Origin: Candidatus Latescibacterota bacterium
GTDB lineage: Bacteria; Latescibacterota; UBA2968; UBA8231
Assembly: GCA_965203175.1 (NCBI GenBank)
Contig: OZ241867.1
Location: forward strand, 4,256,001 to 4,320,000
DNA length: 64,000 nucleotides
Reading direction: 5' to 3'
Shown here: piece after piece, positions 29,133-39,234 of the stretch
How positions within the stretch are numbered: the stretch's first letter is position 1
Layout of the letters: every line of letters begins with the position of its first letter
Notes under the pieces: generated by a model
The model's input: only the letters and a program-made list of their open reading frames with translations
Told to the model about the DNA's origin: nothing
Databases searched by the model: none
Program-made: the position numbers and the translations under genes

Positions 29133-30973
29133 CGGCCGGGATTGTCGGGATGGCCGCAGGGATCGCCGCATTCGCGGTCTATGGGATGACGCTGTGCCCG
29201 ACCGTGTACGTAGAAGGGAGCGGCGAACTGATCGGCGCGGCCTATAGGTTGGGGACGGCGCATCCGACTGGGTATCCCCTGTTTTGCCTTGGCAGCCGCT
29301 TGCTCGCACTGGCTCTGCCGTGGGTTAGTCCGGCCGTGGCGATCAATGCCGCATCGGCTCTGTTTGCCGCTGCCTGTTGCGGAGTCTTGGCAGCCGTGCT
29401 CTACGGCCGTGGGGTGCGGCCTGTGGTGGCCTTGGCCACGGCCTTGGCGTTAGCGTTCTCGCGCACTTTTTGGTCCCAAGCCGTCATCGCCGAAGTCTAT
29501 GGCTTGGCCTTGTTGCTGGTGGTCTTGGTTCTGGCCCAAACCCTTAGAGTATGTGAGAACAAGGAGCCGCGCCAAGTTCTTCTCTTGGGCTGGCTCATGG
29601 GTTTGGGGCTGACGGCTCACTTGATGCAGGTACTCGTTTGGCCAGGCGTGGTCGCGGTCTTGGCTTGGCGCTGGCCCGCACTTTGGCGTCGGCCCTTGTT
29701 GCTGGCGCAGGGGATGCTCGCTGTGCTGGGTGGGTACAGCTTGGTGGCGTACTTACCGCTGCGCAATGGCCGGGGTGCGGGGTTTCACTGGGGGCCACTC
29801 GGCGACCTAGCGGCTCTGTGGCAACACTTGAGCGGTGCGCTATATCGCTCGTCGTTTTTTTCTTTGCCCTTGGAGGGTATGCTGCTCAACGCCCAGCGCT
29901 GGTTGGAGCAGGCGGCAGGCGAGTTTCACTTCGCATTGGTGCCGTTGGTCGCTTGGGGCGGGTGGACGGCTTGGCACCGTGATCGCAGTGTGTTCGTCTT
30001 GGTTGGGGGGGCAATCGTTTGTAATTTGATCGCTGCGCTCAACTACCACCGCGATCCCAATGGCTTGCCAGTGTTTTACTTGCTCAGCGTAGTGGGATTG
30101 GCCGTGTGGTTAGGCATGGGATTGGACGCGTTGGCTCGCCGGGTGAGGCCGGTCGTCTCGGTGCTGATTGCCGCGCTGGTCGTCGCCTTGGTGCTGATCG
30201 CGCACTACGAAGAATCCGACCGCAGCGAAAATTGGGTCGCCGACCGCTATGGCCGCGACATCCTCGCCGACTTGCCCGAAGGCGCGATTCTGATTGTCGA
30301 GGGGGATGATGCGGCTTTTTTGCTCGATTATCTATTGAGGATAGAGGGGTTGCGCCCGGACGTAACCTTGTACAACCGTTTAGGACGAGGGACGGATGTA
30401 CTCGCTTGGAGCGAGCACGTGCTGCCGTCACTAAAGCAGGAGCGGCTGCGTTGGCGGCGCGAGGCCACATTGGCCCGAGCAGGACACGCTCTCTTTTATT
30501 TGGTCCCGCGCCGTGCGCCGATTTCGGGGTGGGTGTTTGTGCCTGCGGGCTTGGTTTATCGCCTGCAAGCTCCCAACAACAGCACTGGAATTGCCCCACA
30601 AATTGAGATGGGCAATGCGTTGGCCACGGGATTTTTCCGCGATCCTTGGGTGCGGAAGATTCAAAGTAATTATTATTTTATGGCCGGTGAGGAGCGCCTG
30701 TGGGCTGGGGATCGGGCTGGGGCAGCGGCCGCGTACGAGCAGGCGGCCGCCATTGCTTTCGACTCGCGCACTGCGCGCTTTAACGTGGCGCTTAAGCTGT
30801 TTGAAGTCGGCGAGTGGGATCGCGCTATGGACCATGCGGCGGCCTCGGCAGCCATCGACCCTTGGCAGCCTACTCCCTACCGCTTGATGGCGCGCATTGA
30901 GCGAGAACAGGGTCGCTATGACGAGGCGCGCCGCTGGAACCAAAAAGCAGGTGAGTTGCAGCGGGGGCCTTGA
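29129..30973 (+). CDS. DUF2723 (TMEM260-like O-mannosyltransferase family) protein with C-terminal TPR
   Basis: 'PTVYVEGSGEL...LGTAHPTGYPL', 'FWSQAVIAEVY'; GTGA overlap with the YfhO gene. Confidence 0.85.
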   Translation: MTAGIVGMAAGIAAFAVYGMTLCPTVYVEGSGELIGAAYRLGTAHPTGYPLFCLGSRLLALALPWVSPAVAINAASALFAAACCGVLAAVLYGRGVRPVVALATALALAFSRTFWSQAVIAEVYGLALLLVVLVLAQTLRVCENKEPRQVLLLGWLMGLGLTAHLMQVLVWPGVVAVLAWRWPALWRRPLLLAQGMLAVLGGYSLVAYLPLRNGRGAGFHWGPLGDLAALWQHLSGALYRSSFFSLPLEGMLLNAQRWLEQAAGEFHFALVPLVAWGGWTAWHRDRSVFVLVGGAIVCNLIAALNYHRDPNGLPVFYLLSVVGLAVWLGMGLDALARRVRPVVSVLIAALVVALVLIAHYEESDRSENWVADRYGRDILADLPEGAILIVEGDDAAFLLDYLLRIEGLRPDVTLYNRLGRGTDVLAWSEHVLPSLKQERLRWRREATLARAGHALFYLVPRRAPISGWVFVPAGLVYRLQAPNNSTGIAPQIEMGNALATGFFRDPWVRKIQSNYYFMAGEERLWAGDRAGAAAAYEQAAAIAFDSRTARFNVALKLFEVGEWDRAMDHAAASAAIDPWQPTPYRLMARIEREQGRYDEARRWNQKAGELQRGP

Positions 30974-31024
30974 TGGGGTATATAAGCTGTGACTGCTTCC
31001 CCTCTGACGCCGTTGAGGATCGCT

Positions 31025-31489
31025 ATGGAAAAATTAAAACGCATACTCGATCCTAATAAGGTCGTCCTAAACCTCGCGGCGCAGCGCAACTTCGACGCCA
31101 TCCGCGAATTGGCTGCCGCGTTGTGTCAAGACGAGGTCGTCCCTGATCAAAAGGGCTTGCTCGCCGCTCTGATTCGGCGCGAGCAACAGGCCTCTACGGG
31201 CATTGGCAAGGGCGTGGCCGTACCCCACGCACACGAGGACGGGATCCAACGCCAACTCTTGGCCATCGGCATCTCGCAGGCCGGCATTGACTTTGGCGCG
31301 CCCGATGGCCAGCCCGTACACATCATCGCGCTGTTGGTCACGCCTCTCAAACACCAAAAACAACACATGGCGCTGCTGGCGGCTCTGTCGCAGTGCTTGC
31401 AGCAAGAGGAGGTACGCCAGCGTTTGCTGCAAGCGGCTGATGCGGCCGAGGTCGTCGATATCTTCGCGGGCAACCCCCCCCCGGGCTGA
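31025..31489 (+). CDS. PTS EIIA component (PtsN/fructose-mannitol type)
   Basis: 'RREQQASTGIGKGVAVPHA', 'GIDFGAPDGQPVH'. Confidence 0.9.
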   Translation: MEKLKRILDPNKVVLNLAAQRNFDAIRELAAALCQDEVVPDQKGLLAALIRREQQASTGIGKGVAVPHAHEDGIQRQLLAIGISQAGIDFGAPDGQPVHIIALLVTPLKHQKQHMALLAALSQCLQQEEVRQRLLQAADAAEVVDIFAGNPPPG

Positions 31490-31505
31490 GCACAGCGCAA
31501 AAATC

Positions 31506-33581
31506 ATGGTTCCAGAATTCGCTAGGGCGGTGCACACCCCCCTATTTGAGCGGCACTCTTGCTTTCTCGCGGGACCGCTTGTAGCGGGGCAGCGGCAGGC
31601 CCTGATCGAGCGGCTGCGGGTCTTGCTCGCAGCAGGGGTGCCCGGGTACGCGATCTTGGTGTTGCTGCCCGACCGGGCGACCACGCGGCGCTTTCGCCAG
31701 GCAATAGATCGGCTCGACTTGGGTCCGTACAGCACTGTTGATCTACAGACGTACTACGGGCTGGCGAGCCGGTTGGTGCGGCTGTTTTGGCCGCTGGTGG
31801 CTGGCAAGGCTGGCTTTGCTGCACCAGCGCGGCCGCCGGTCTTCCTCAACTACGAAGCCGCCCAATACCTGATGGGGCAGGTCGTTGAGCCGCTGCTTGC
31901 CGAGGGCTATTTCGAAGGTCTGTACCTGCGACCCCAGCGCATTCTCTCCCAATTACTCGACAATTTGAACAAGGCGGCCGTAGCGGATTTCTCGCTCGCG
32001 GAGGTGGCACCGCGTCTGAGTCGCGCTTGGGCTGGGGAAGAACAGCGGCTGCGCGTGTACGAGCAGGTGCAGACGTGCATTGACCGCTACCGCGGTCAAT
32101 GCTTGCGGCACGGGTTGCTCGACGCATCACTGGTCTTTGAGGTCTGCAATCGCCACCTGATCGCGCAAGAGGAGTTCTGGCGCTATTTCACCGAGCGCTA
32201 TCGCCACCTCTTGGTTGACTCAGCCGAGGAACTGGTGCCGGTGGCCGGCGATCTAGTGGGGAGACTCTTGCCGAGGTGCGATTCGGCCCTATTGGGCGGA
32301 GATGCACAAGCTGGCTTTCGCATCTTTTTAGGCGTTGATGCCCCTGGTGCCGCTGAGCTACAGCAGCAGTGTACGGAGACGATTGCCGTGGTTCCGGATG
32401 TATGCGCCAGCCGGGATATGGTGGCCTTTGCCGACCGCATTGGTGCGAAGTTGGGTCAGGTAACTGACGGAGTCTCGGAAGGATCGCCGCGGCAGGCGGT
32501 GGCGGATGTAGTGCAGGCCCGTTACCGAGGGCAGATGATCGAGGCCGTGGCCCAGCGGATTGTCCAGAAAATCGCCGAGGGCGTGGCTCCGGGCGAAATT
32601 GCGGTCGTGGCTCCGCACGCCGACGGGGTGTTGCGCTTCCTCTTGTCTGAGACTTTTCGCGCCGCGGATATTCCCTTTGCGATTGTGCGGCGCTACGAGA
32701 CGCTGCGCGAAGAGCCGGTGGTGCGAGCCTGTCTGGCGCTGGCCATTCTCGCTCATCCCGATTGGGGACAGCGGCTCTCGCTCTTTGATTTGTCCGGGGC
32801 GTTGGAGCGGGCGCTCAAGCCCCTGGACCGGCTGCGGGCCGAGTTGATTGCGCGACACTTGTATGATTCGCGTTCAGGCCAACTCAAACCTGCGAGCGAG
32901 TTGAATGCCGCGATGGGTGAGCGGATCGGCAGAGCCGCGCTCGCTCGCTACGAGGCTCTGCGCGCCTGGATCGAGGTGTATCGCGGTGGTGGGGCCGACC
33001 CTTGGGACCACTTTTTGCGCCGGCTCTTCGGGGAAGTGTTGTCGCACGCCGCGCTGGAGCCTGAAGAAGCCGAGGTGTACAGCAAGTTGATCGCTTCGGC
33101 TGCCTCATTCCGCGAGGTAGCCCCGGCCATGGCGCTAGAAGGCGCGACCATTGGCCAGCGCTACGTCGAGATGATATGGTCTGGGGTCGTCGCTGCTCAA
33201 TACCTGACCGATGTCGATCTCGACGAGGCTCCAGAGTCCATTGCCCTCGTCGCTCCGGTCTATACCTATTTGCTCTCCGGCCATGTGGCGCGCTACCAGT
33301 TCTGGCTGGATATTGGCTCGGCTAACTGGTGGGAGCCTCTGCACCAGCCCTTGACCAACCACTACGTACTGACCCGGCGCTGGAACTCGGAGGAACGTTG
33401 GACCGACGCCGTGGATTACTCGATCCGCAACCGCAACCTCTATCGCTTGGTGCGGGGCCTGTGTTTGCGCTGCCGCGACGGGATCTACCTCTGCGCCAGC
33501 GAGTCGGAAGGGCACGGCTCGGCGCAGGACGGGCCGCTGATGATGGCGGTGCAACAGGTCCTACAGGAGGGGCGCGCGTGA
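31506..33581 (+). CDS. degenerate (inactive) SF1/UvrD-like helicase-fold protein
   Basis: Walker A replaced by GPLVAGQRQ and Walker B by LLVDSAEE; retains 'TYYGLA' and 'GEIAVVAP'; coupled to the next gene. Confidence 0.7.
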   Translation: MVPEFARAVHTPLFERHSCFLAGPLVAGQRQALIERLRVLLAAGVPGYAILVLLPDRATTRRFRQAIDRLDLGPYSTVDLQTYYGLASRLVRLFWPLVAGKAGFAAPARPPVFLNYEAAQYLMGQVVEPLLAEGYFEGLYLRPQRILSQLLDNLNKAAVADFSLAEVAPRLSRAWAGEEQRLRVYEQVQTCIDRYRGQCLRHGLLDASLVFEVCNRHLIAQEEFWRYFTERYRHLLVDSAEELVPVAGDLVGRLLPRCDSALLGGDAQAGFRIFLGVDAPGAAELQQQCTETIAVVPDVCASRDMVAFADRIGAKLGQVTDGVSEGSPRQAVADVVQARYRGQMIEAVAQRIVQKIAEGVAPGEIAVVAPHADGVLRFLLSETFRAADIPFAIVRRYETLREEPVVRACLALAILAHPDWGQRLSLFDLSGALERALKPLDRLRAELIARHLYDSRSGQLKPASELNAAMGERIGRAALARYEALRAWIEVYRGGGADPWDHFLRRLFGEVLSHAALEPEEAEVYSKLIASAASFREVAPAMALEGATIGQRYVEMIWSGVVAAQYLTDVDLDEAPESIALVAPVYTYLLSGHVARYQFWLDIGSANWWEPLHQPLTNHYVLTRRWNSEERWTDAVDYSIRNRNLYRLVRGLCLRCRDGIYLCASESEGHGSAQDGPLMMAVQQVLQEGRA

Positions 33582-35776
33582 GGTTTGAGCCGCGCGCGGG
33601 GCAGCGCGAGATCTTGGCCTACCAAGGCGGCCTGCTAGGCGTATCAGCCGTGCCCGGTAGCGGCAAGACCGCCGCGATTGTCGCCTTGGCGACTCGGCTG
33701 ATCGCCGAGAGGCGCGCTGAGGGGGGGCAGGTGCTGATCGTAACCTACCAGAATGCGGCCGTGGATAATGTCCGCGCTCGGATCGCCCAGCGCTTGCAAG
33801 AGATGGACAGGCTACCGGTCGGCTACGACGTGCGGACTCTGCACAGCTTGGCCTACGGCATCGTCCAAGCCAACCCTGGGTTGGTGGGGGCTGTGGCCGA
33901 GTTCACGGTACTCGACGAACGCGCTAGCGAGAGCCTGCTCGACAAGGCGGTGCGGACCTGGAACGACGACAACAAGGGGGTGTGGGGTCGATTGGGGCCT
34001 GGGGAATACGTAGATCAGCAGTGGGAGCAGGAGTGGCGCGACATTGCGCGGAAAGTCGCCCGCACGGTCATTACCACGGCCAAAAATCGCCGGCTGCGGG
34101 CCGAGGACCTCTTGGCGCGGCTTGGCGGTCGGGAGGACGGCGACCCGTTTTTGCGGATCGGCGCGGAAATCTACCAGCTCTACCAGCAGCAAGTCGAGAC
34201 CATCGGCGGCCTCGACTTCGACGACTTGGTGTGGATGGCCGTAGAGATGTTGCAGCAATACCCGGATTTGTGCCGCCGCTACCGGCGGCGTTGGCCCTTT
34301 GTCTTGGAGGATGAGGCGCAAGACAGCGTCCCCTTGCAGGAGGAACTGATCGCGCTATTGGTGGGGCCGGGCGGCAATTGGATCCGGGTCGGTGACCCCA
34401 ATCAGGCGATTATGAGCACCTTCACCGCGGCCGATCCGCGCTATTTGCGCGACTTCTTGGAGCGCGAAGATGTCGCGGTCGCAGAGATGACGATCTCCGG
34501 CCGCTGCGCCCCCAAGATCATGGCTTTGGCCAACTTTTTGGTCGATTGGGCTGCGGTCGAACACCCATTGGCCGAGGTGCGCCAGCGCGCTTTCCGTCCC
34601 CAGCAGATGCAGCCCACCGATCGCGGCGATCCCCAGCAAAACCCCGCAGACGCGGACAGTGCCATAGGACTCCGCGAATACAACAACCGCCACGATGAAT
34701 TCGACAGCATTGCGCGCCGGGCCAAGGGCTTTGCCGAAAGCAATCCGAATCTGACGGTAGCGGTGCTAGTACCGACTAACCGCATCGGCTACGACATGGC
34801 CGAGCGCTTGCGCCAAGCCGGAGCGGACTTCGACGAGGTGCTGCAAAGCCCGCGCTCGGCACGGCGGGTGGGTGAGGCTCTGTGCATAGTGTTAGATTTT
34901 CTCGCTGATCCTTTGGGACGCAATCAGTTAGAGAGATCCTATCGCGCCTTGGTCGGCTTTTGGCCCGGGCCGAGTGGGCCGGGGAACGAGGAGGCCGTGG
35001 CCATGTTGTTGCGCAGTTGCTATCGGCCCGAAGCGCTGCTCTACCCGGAGGCTGGTCAGCGCATGGAAGCGGCCCTACCCCCAGTGGAACACATAGAGCC
35101 GCAGGATTTGGAGGCCATTGGCCTCTTGTGTGGTTATCTGCGGCGCTGGCTGCGGGCGGTTGCGCTGCCGGTAGATCAGCTTCTGATGACGGTTGCCCAA
35201 GATCTGCTGCAGGAAGAGGATATGGCGCGGGCGCAGCAACTAGCGGTCTATGTGCGCACTCGTGCCGACCAAAACGCAGACTGGCAATTGCCCGAGTTGG
35301 TGCGCGAGTTGAGCGAGGCCGTGCAGGGTCGGGCGGGTGTGCTTGCCGAGGCGGATGATGCATTGGCACCTCAGCCCGGGCGGATTTTCCTGACGACCAT
35401 GCACAAGGCCAAGGGGATGGAGTGGGATCTGGTATATGTCATGGGGGTTGATGGCGACTGGTTTCCCCACGACCTCGACGCGCGGTTTTTGGGCGAGTAC
35501 GAATTCTTAGGCGGCGATCCCTGCGAGGATGCAAAGGCCGAACTGTTGGACCTGATCGGCGAAATCGGGTCGAGCCGGCTGTCGGCCACCGATCGCTCCC
35601 ACGCCGAGGTGATCGCCGAGCGGCTGCGGCTGCTCTACGTGGCCATCACCCGTGCGCGGCGCTATTTAGTCTTGAGTTGGAGCCGTCAGATTCCGCGTGT
35701 GACGCGCACACAGCCCGTGCCCATGGCGGAGGTGTTCCGCCAGTTGCAACTCTATATCGAGCAGCGGAGCCGATGA
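33578..35776 (+). CDS. UvrD/REP-family ATP-dependent helicase
   Basis: AVPGSGKT, 'RTLHSLA', EDEAQD, VGDPNQAI, TMHKAKGMEWD, RLLYVAITRAR; GTGA overlap. Confidence 0.93.
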   Translation: MRFEPRAGQREILAYQGGLLGVSAVPGSGKTAAIVALATRLIAERRAEGGQVLIVTYQNAAVDNVRARIAQRLQEMDRLPVGYDVRTLHSLAYGIVQANPGLVGAVAEFTVLDERASESLLDKAVRTWNDDNKGVWGRLGPGEYVDQQWEQEWRDIARKVARTVITTAKNRRLRAEDLLARLGGREDGDPFLRIGAEIYQLYQQQVETIGGLDFDDLVWMAVEMLQQYPDLCRRYRRRWPFVLEDEAQDSVPLQEELIALLVGPGGNWIRVGDPNQAIMSTFTAADPRYLRDFLEREDVAVAEMTISGRCAPKIMALANFLVDWAAVEHPLAEVRQRAFRPQQMQPTDRGDPQQNPADADSAIGLREYNNRHDEFDSIARRAKGFAESNPNLTVAVLVPTNRIGYDMAERLRQAGADFDEVLQSPRSARRVGEALCIVLDFLADPLGRNQLERSYRALVGFWPGPSGPGNEEAVAMLLRSCYRPEALLYPEAGQRMEAALPPVEHIEPQDLEAIGLLCGYLRRWLRAVALPVDQLLMTVAQDLLQEEDMARAQQLAVYVRTRADQNADWQLPELVRELSEAVQGRAGVLAEADDALAPQPGRIFLTTMHKAKGMEWDLVYVMGVDGDWFPHDLDARFLGEYEFLGGDPCEDAKAELLDLIGEIGSSRLSATDRSHAEVIAERLRLLYVAITRARRYLVLSWSRQIPRVTRTQPVPMAEVFRQLQLYIEQRSR

Positions 35777-36576
35777 TACCGCAGGGATTCAATTACAGCC
35801 AGAGCAGTCTGACGGCCTTTGCGCGCTGTCGGCGGCAGTTCCTGTTGCGCTATGTCGAGCGGCTGGCGTGGCCAGCGCCGCTGACCGACCAGCTCGACGA
35901 ATGGGAAGCTGCCGCTGATCGGGGAAGGTCGTTTCACCAGTTCGTGTTGCAGGAGAGCCTGGGCATGGATGTGGAGGACGCGGTGCAGCGGAGCCGCGAC
36001 CCGCTGTTGGCCGCTTGGTGGCGCAATTGGCGCGAGCAGCCGCCGGTTGTGCCCGAGGGAGCGGTGTTTGGGGAAACCATGCTCTCCGTGCCTCTGGCCG
36101 GGCGGCGTCTCGTCGCCAAGTTCGACCGCGTGGTACTGGCCGACGATGGGTGCGCTTGGATATTCGACTGGAAGACCGGCCGTAAGAAACCAGAGCAAGC
36201 CGCCTATGCCCAAAGCTGGCAAACGCTGGTTTATCGCTTTGTCCTAGTCGAGGCTGGCGCGGTCTTGAACGAGGGCCGCGCACTCGCGCCCGACGACGTG
36301 ACATTGGTCTATTGGCACGCGCAGTACCCGCAGGTTCTGCAGCCGATTACCTATTCAGCCGCCGAGCACGAGCGTGCGCGCGCGCTTTTGTCAGAGGCGA
36401 TTGCCGCCATTGAGGCCCTTCCAAATGCGGATGCGTACGCCAAAACCGACGACGAGGGCGAGTGCCAGCGCTGCGCATTTCACACCTATTGCAACCGGCC
36501 AGCGGCGCGGAGCGACGATTGGGACATCGACGAGGACGAGCTGGATTGGGAGCAGGTTCCCGAAGCAGAGCTTTGA
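35773..36576 (+). CDS. PD-(D/E)XK nuclease, RecB/AddB/Cas4-like, with four-Cys Fe-S staple
   Basis: 'SQSSL..FARCRR', 'GRSFH', 'KFDRV', 'IFDWKTG', 'QTLVY', CQRCAFHTYC; ATGA overlap. Confidence 0.88.
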   Translation: MIPQGFNYSQSSLTAFARCRRQFLLRYVERLAWPAPLTDQLDEWEAAADRGRSFHQFVLQESLGMDVEDAVQRSRDPLLAAWWRNWREQPPVVPEGAVFGETMLSVPLAGRRLVAKFDRVVLADDGCAWIFDWKTGRKKPEQAAYAQSWQTLVYRFVLVEAGAVLNEGRALAPDDVTLVYWHAQYPQVLQPITYSAAEHERARALLSEAIAAIEALPNADAYAKTDDEGECQRCAFHTYCNRPAARSDDWDIDEDELDWEQVPEAEL

Positions 36577-36582
36577 CGCCGG

Positions 36583-38064
36583 TCAGCCTTTGAGCGCACC
36601 GAGCTGGATGCCGCGCACGAAGAACCGCTGGCCAAAGACAAAGAGCACGATCATTGGCAGCATCATCAGGACGCTCCCCGTCATCAAAAGCGAGTAGTTG
36701 GTTCCCTGTGACGAATCGAAGTAGCGCAGAGCTACCGGCAGGACTCGCATGTGCTCGGAGTGGGTGACGATCAGCGGCCACGTAAAGGACTGCCAAGTGC
36801 CCATAAAGGAGAAGATCGAGAGGGTGATTAGCGCCGGCTTGGACAGGGGCATGACGATGGTCCAGAAGGTCTTCCAGAGATTGGCACCGTCGATTTCAGC
36901 AGCCTCTTCGAGTCCTCTGGGCAGCCCGGTCATAAACTGGCGCATCATAAAGGTGCCAAAAGCGGTGAACATGGCTGGGATGATGAGCGCTTGGAACGAG
37001 TCGAGCCAGCCGAGGCTTTTGAGAATCACGTAATTGGGCAGCAAGGTGACGATCCCGGGGACCATCAAGGTGGCCAAGTAGAGTAGAAAGACGGCGTCGC
37101 GGTAGCGCCATTCGAGGCGGGCAAAGGCAAAGCCGGCCATGGCCGAGGTCACCACTTGGCCGACCATCACGCAGACGGCGACAAAGAGGCTGTTCCAGCC
37201 GTAGAGCGAAAACTTGATGTCCTTGTCGCGCAAAACCCGGATGTAGTTGGACCACATGAAGCGCGGCTCGCTGATTTGCAACACATCGCTGCCGTACGCG
37301 ATGCGCAGTTGGTCTTCGCCGGGGAAGCGGACGTAGAGGACATCGCCTCCGGCTTTTTCCGTCAGCGGGTCGTCGTCGCTTCTGAGCAGGGGAAAGGCCG
37401 AGCGAAAGGGAATGGTGTTGCCGTCGGCGTCGAGAATCGGCTCTTTGGCTTGGACGTCCAAAACCGGGTCCCCGACGCGATCCCAGGAGATATCGCGATA
37501 GGTGTAAGCCTCGCCGTTGGCGCGCAACAGCGGGGTGCCGTCAGCAAGTTCGACCGAGGCCGGCGGTAGCTGTTCGGCCGTGCGCCATTTCTGGCGCTGC
37601 TGCACGAGCCGCTGCTGCCACTTGTCGCGCAGGGCTTCGGTCAGCAGCAGGGGAGCACCATCAACGAGGACTGGGTTCCAGCGGTTTTTGTACACGGCGA
37701 TGCCGCCGCGCTCTTCGACGTTTTTGCCGGGGATGGGCTGGCTATCTGGGTCGTAGATTAGGCGGCCCTGCTGGTCGCGGATCGGGTCGCCGGGGGCACC
37801 GAGTATCACCGGGTTGCCGAGAGTGATGCGGATCGGCTCGCCTTGGCCGTCGAGCAGCGGTTGACCATCGCGAGTCCTCAGCAGGTCGCCTTCGTTGCCG
37901 AGGCGCACTTCCTGCGGCCAGACATGGCTCTGGAAAACCTCGTTTTCGCTCTTGAGCGAGGTGAGTACCATCCACAGGAACGGCACGAGCGTGGTGAAGC
38001 CGAAGAGGACGAGCAGCCCGTGGCTCAGCGAATGGATCGCGGTCGTTTGCGCAACTTTGGCCAT
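36583..38064 (-). CDS. carbohydrate ABC transporter permease (MalG-like) with large extracytoplasmic insertion
   Basis: EAA loop 'LEEAAEIDGA', 'PFLWMVLTSLK', C-terminal 'QRFFVRGI'. Confidence 0.9.
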   Translation of the reverse strand: MAKVAQTTAIHSLSHGLLVLFGFTTLVPFLWMVLTSLKSENEVFQSHVWPQEVRLGNEGDLLRTRDGQPLLDGQGEPIRITLGNPVILGAPGDPIRDQQGRLIYDPDSQPIPGKNVEERGGIAVYKNRWNPVLVDGAPLLLTEALRDKWQQRLVQQRQKWRTAEQLPPASVELADGTPLLRANGEAYTYRDISWDRVGDPVLDVQAKEPILDADGNTIPFRSAFPLLRSDDDPLTEKAGGDVLYVRFPGEDQLRIAYGSDVLQISEPRFMWSNYIRVLRDKDIKFSLYGWNSLFVAVCVMVGQVVTSAMAGFAFARLEWRYRDAVFLLYLATLMVPGIVTLLPNYVILKSLGWLDSFQALIIPAMFTAFGTFMMRQFMTGLPRGLEEAAEIDGANLWKTFWTIVMPLSKPALITLSIFSFMGTWQSFTWPLIVTHSEHMRVLPVALRYFDSSQGTNYSLLMTGSVLMMLPMIVLFVFGQRFFVRGIQLGALKG

Positions 38065-38076
38065 GCGCCTTTTCCC

Positions 38077-39234
38077 TCAGTTGACCGCGCCCCGACCGAA
38101 GCGCCAGTTGAACAGCGTGATAGTGAATATGATGACGAACATAAACCAAGCCACCGCGGCCGCGTACCCGAACTCTAGGTTTTCAAAGGCCGAGCGGTAG
38201 ATGTAGTAGCCGAGCGTGACCGTGTTGTCCCCGTCCTTGCCCGGGCCGCCATTGGTCATCAAATAGGCGATCTCAAAGCCCCCTTGCAGCCCACCGATAA
38301 TGGACATGACACATATAAAAAAGGTCGTCGGGGCGATCATCGGCCACGTGATGTGCCAAAATTGCTGCCACTTGGAGGCTCCGTCGATGTCCGAGGCTTC
38401 GTACAGCTCCTCGGGCACATTGGCTAGGGCCGCGAGGTAGAGGATCATATTGCCCCCGCCCATGGACGCCCAGATACCCATAAAGATGATGGCCGTCTTG
38501 GCCCAATAGGCGGCTTGTTCTAGGCCGAGCCAAGAGAGCCAGCCCAAATCGACGCTGCTGGAAAGCCAATTGGGCAAGTCGTCGATGCTGTTGAGACCAG
38601 CGAGGAGGGCCATGCGTCCCGACAGCCAAGCCCACGGGCCGCCGTACTCGTATAGACCGCTGACGACCCAGTAGAGTGTAGTGGCCGAGAGGAGTGCAAA
38701 CAGGACTTGGGCCGGTCGTTCAGACATGGCTTTGCGCGCTAGGGATTGTAGGACCAAACCTACCAGTACCAGTACCGCAACGCGCACGGCGAGCGAGAAG
38801 TAGGGCCAAGAGAGCACGGGCAGCAGGACTGAGTTGACGAGGCCGTACTTGGGATTGTAGAGCCACTTCCAGAGCAAGAACAGCGCGACCCCATTGGTGA
38901 CGGTGGGGAGGTAGAAGACCGTGCGATAGATGATGATGCCGCGCAACTTTTGCGAAAGGACGATAGCCAAGAGGAGCGAGCCGCCGATGGACAGGGGCAA
39001 GCCTATCATGAGAAAGACCGTGTTGTAGAGATAAAACCAGAGCTTGGGATCGGTCAGCAGCCGAATAAAATTGTCAAAGCCAATGAAACGCGGCGCAGAG
39101 AACGTGTCCCACTGAAAGAACGCGAGGCCAAAGGAGAACAGCACCGGCAGGGACGTGAAGATCAAGAACCCGGTCAGATTGGGCGCGAGAAAGAGCAGCG
39201 CCCAGCGCAGAATTCTCTTTTCGCGGGGCTTCAA
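38077..39234 (-). CDS. carbohydrate ABC transporter permease (MalF-like)
   Basis: 'LYEASDIDGA', 'GFDNF', 'GYAAAVAW'. Confidence 0.92.
   Translation of the reverse strand: MKPREKRILRWALLFLAPNLTGFLIFTSLPVLFSFGLAFFQWDTFSAPRFIGFDNFIRLLTDPKLWFYLYNTVFLMIGLPLSIGGSLLLAIVLSQKLRGIIIYRTVFYLPTVTNGVALFLLWKWLYNPKYGLVNSVLLPVLSWPYFSLAVRVAVLVLVGLVLQSLARKAMSERPAQVLFALLSATTLYWVVSGLYEYGGPWAWLSGRMALLAGLNSIDDLPNWLSSSVDLGWLSWLGLEQAAYWAKTAIIFMGIWASMGGGNMILYLAALANVPEELYEASDIDGASKWQQFWHITWPMIAPTTFFICVMSIIGGLQGGFEIAYLMTNGGPGKDGDNTVTLGYYIYRSAFENLEFGYAAAVAWFMFVIIFTITLFNWRFGRGAVN

Noticed and set aside
35773-36576. Cas4 of a CRISPR system
   Set aside because: No cas1/cas2 or repeats; translational coupling to helicases fits a repair-type nuclease better.
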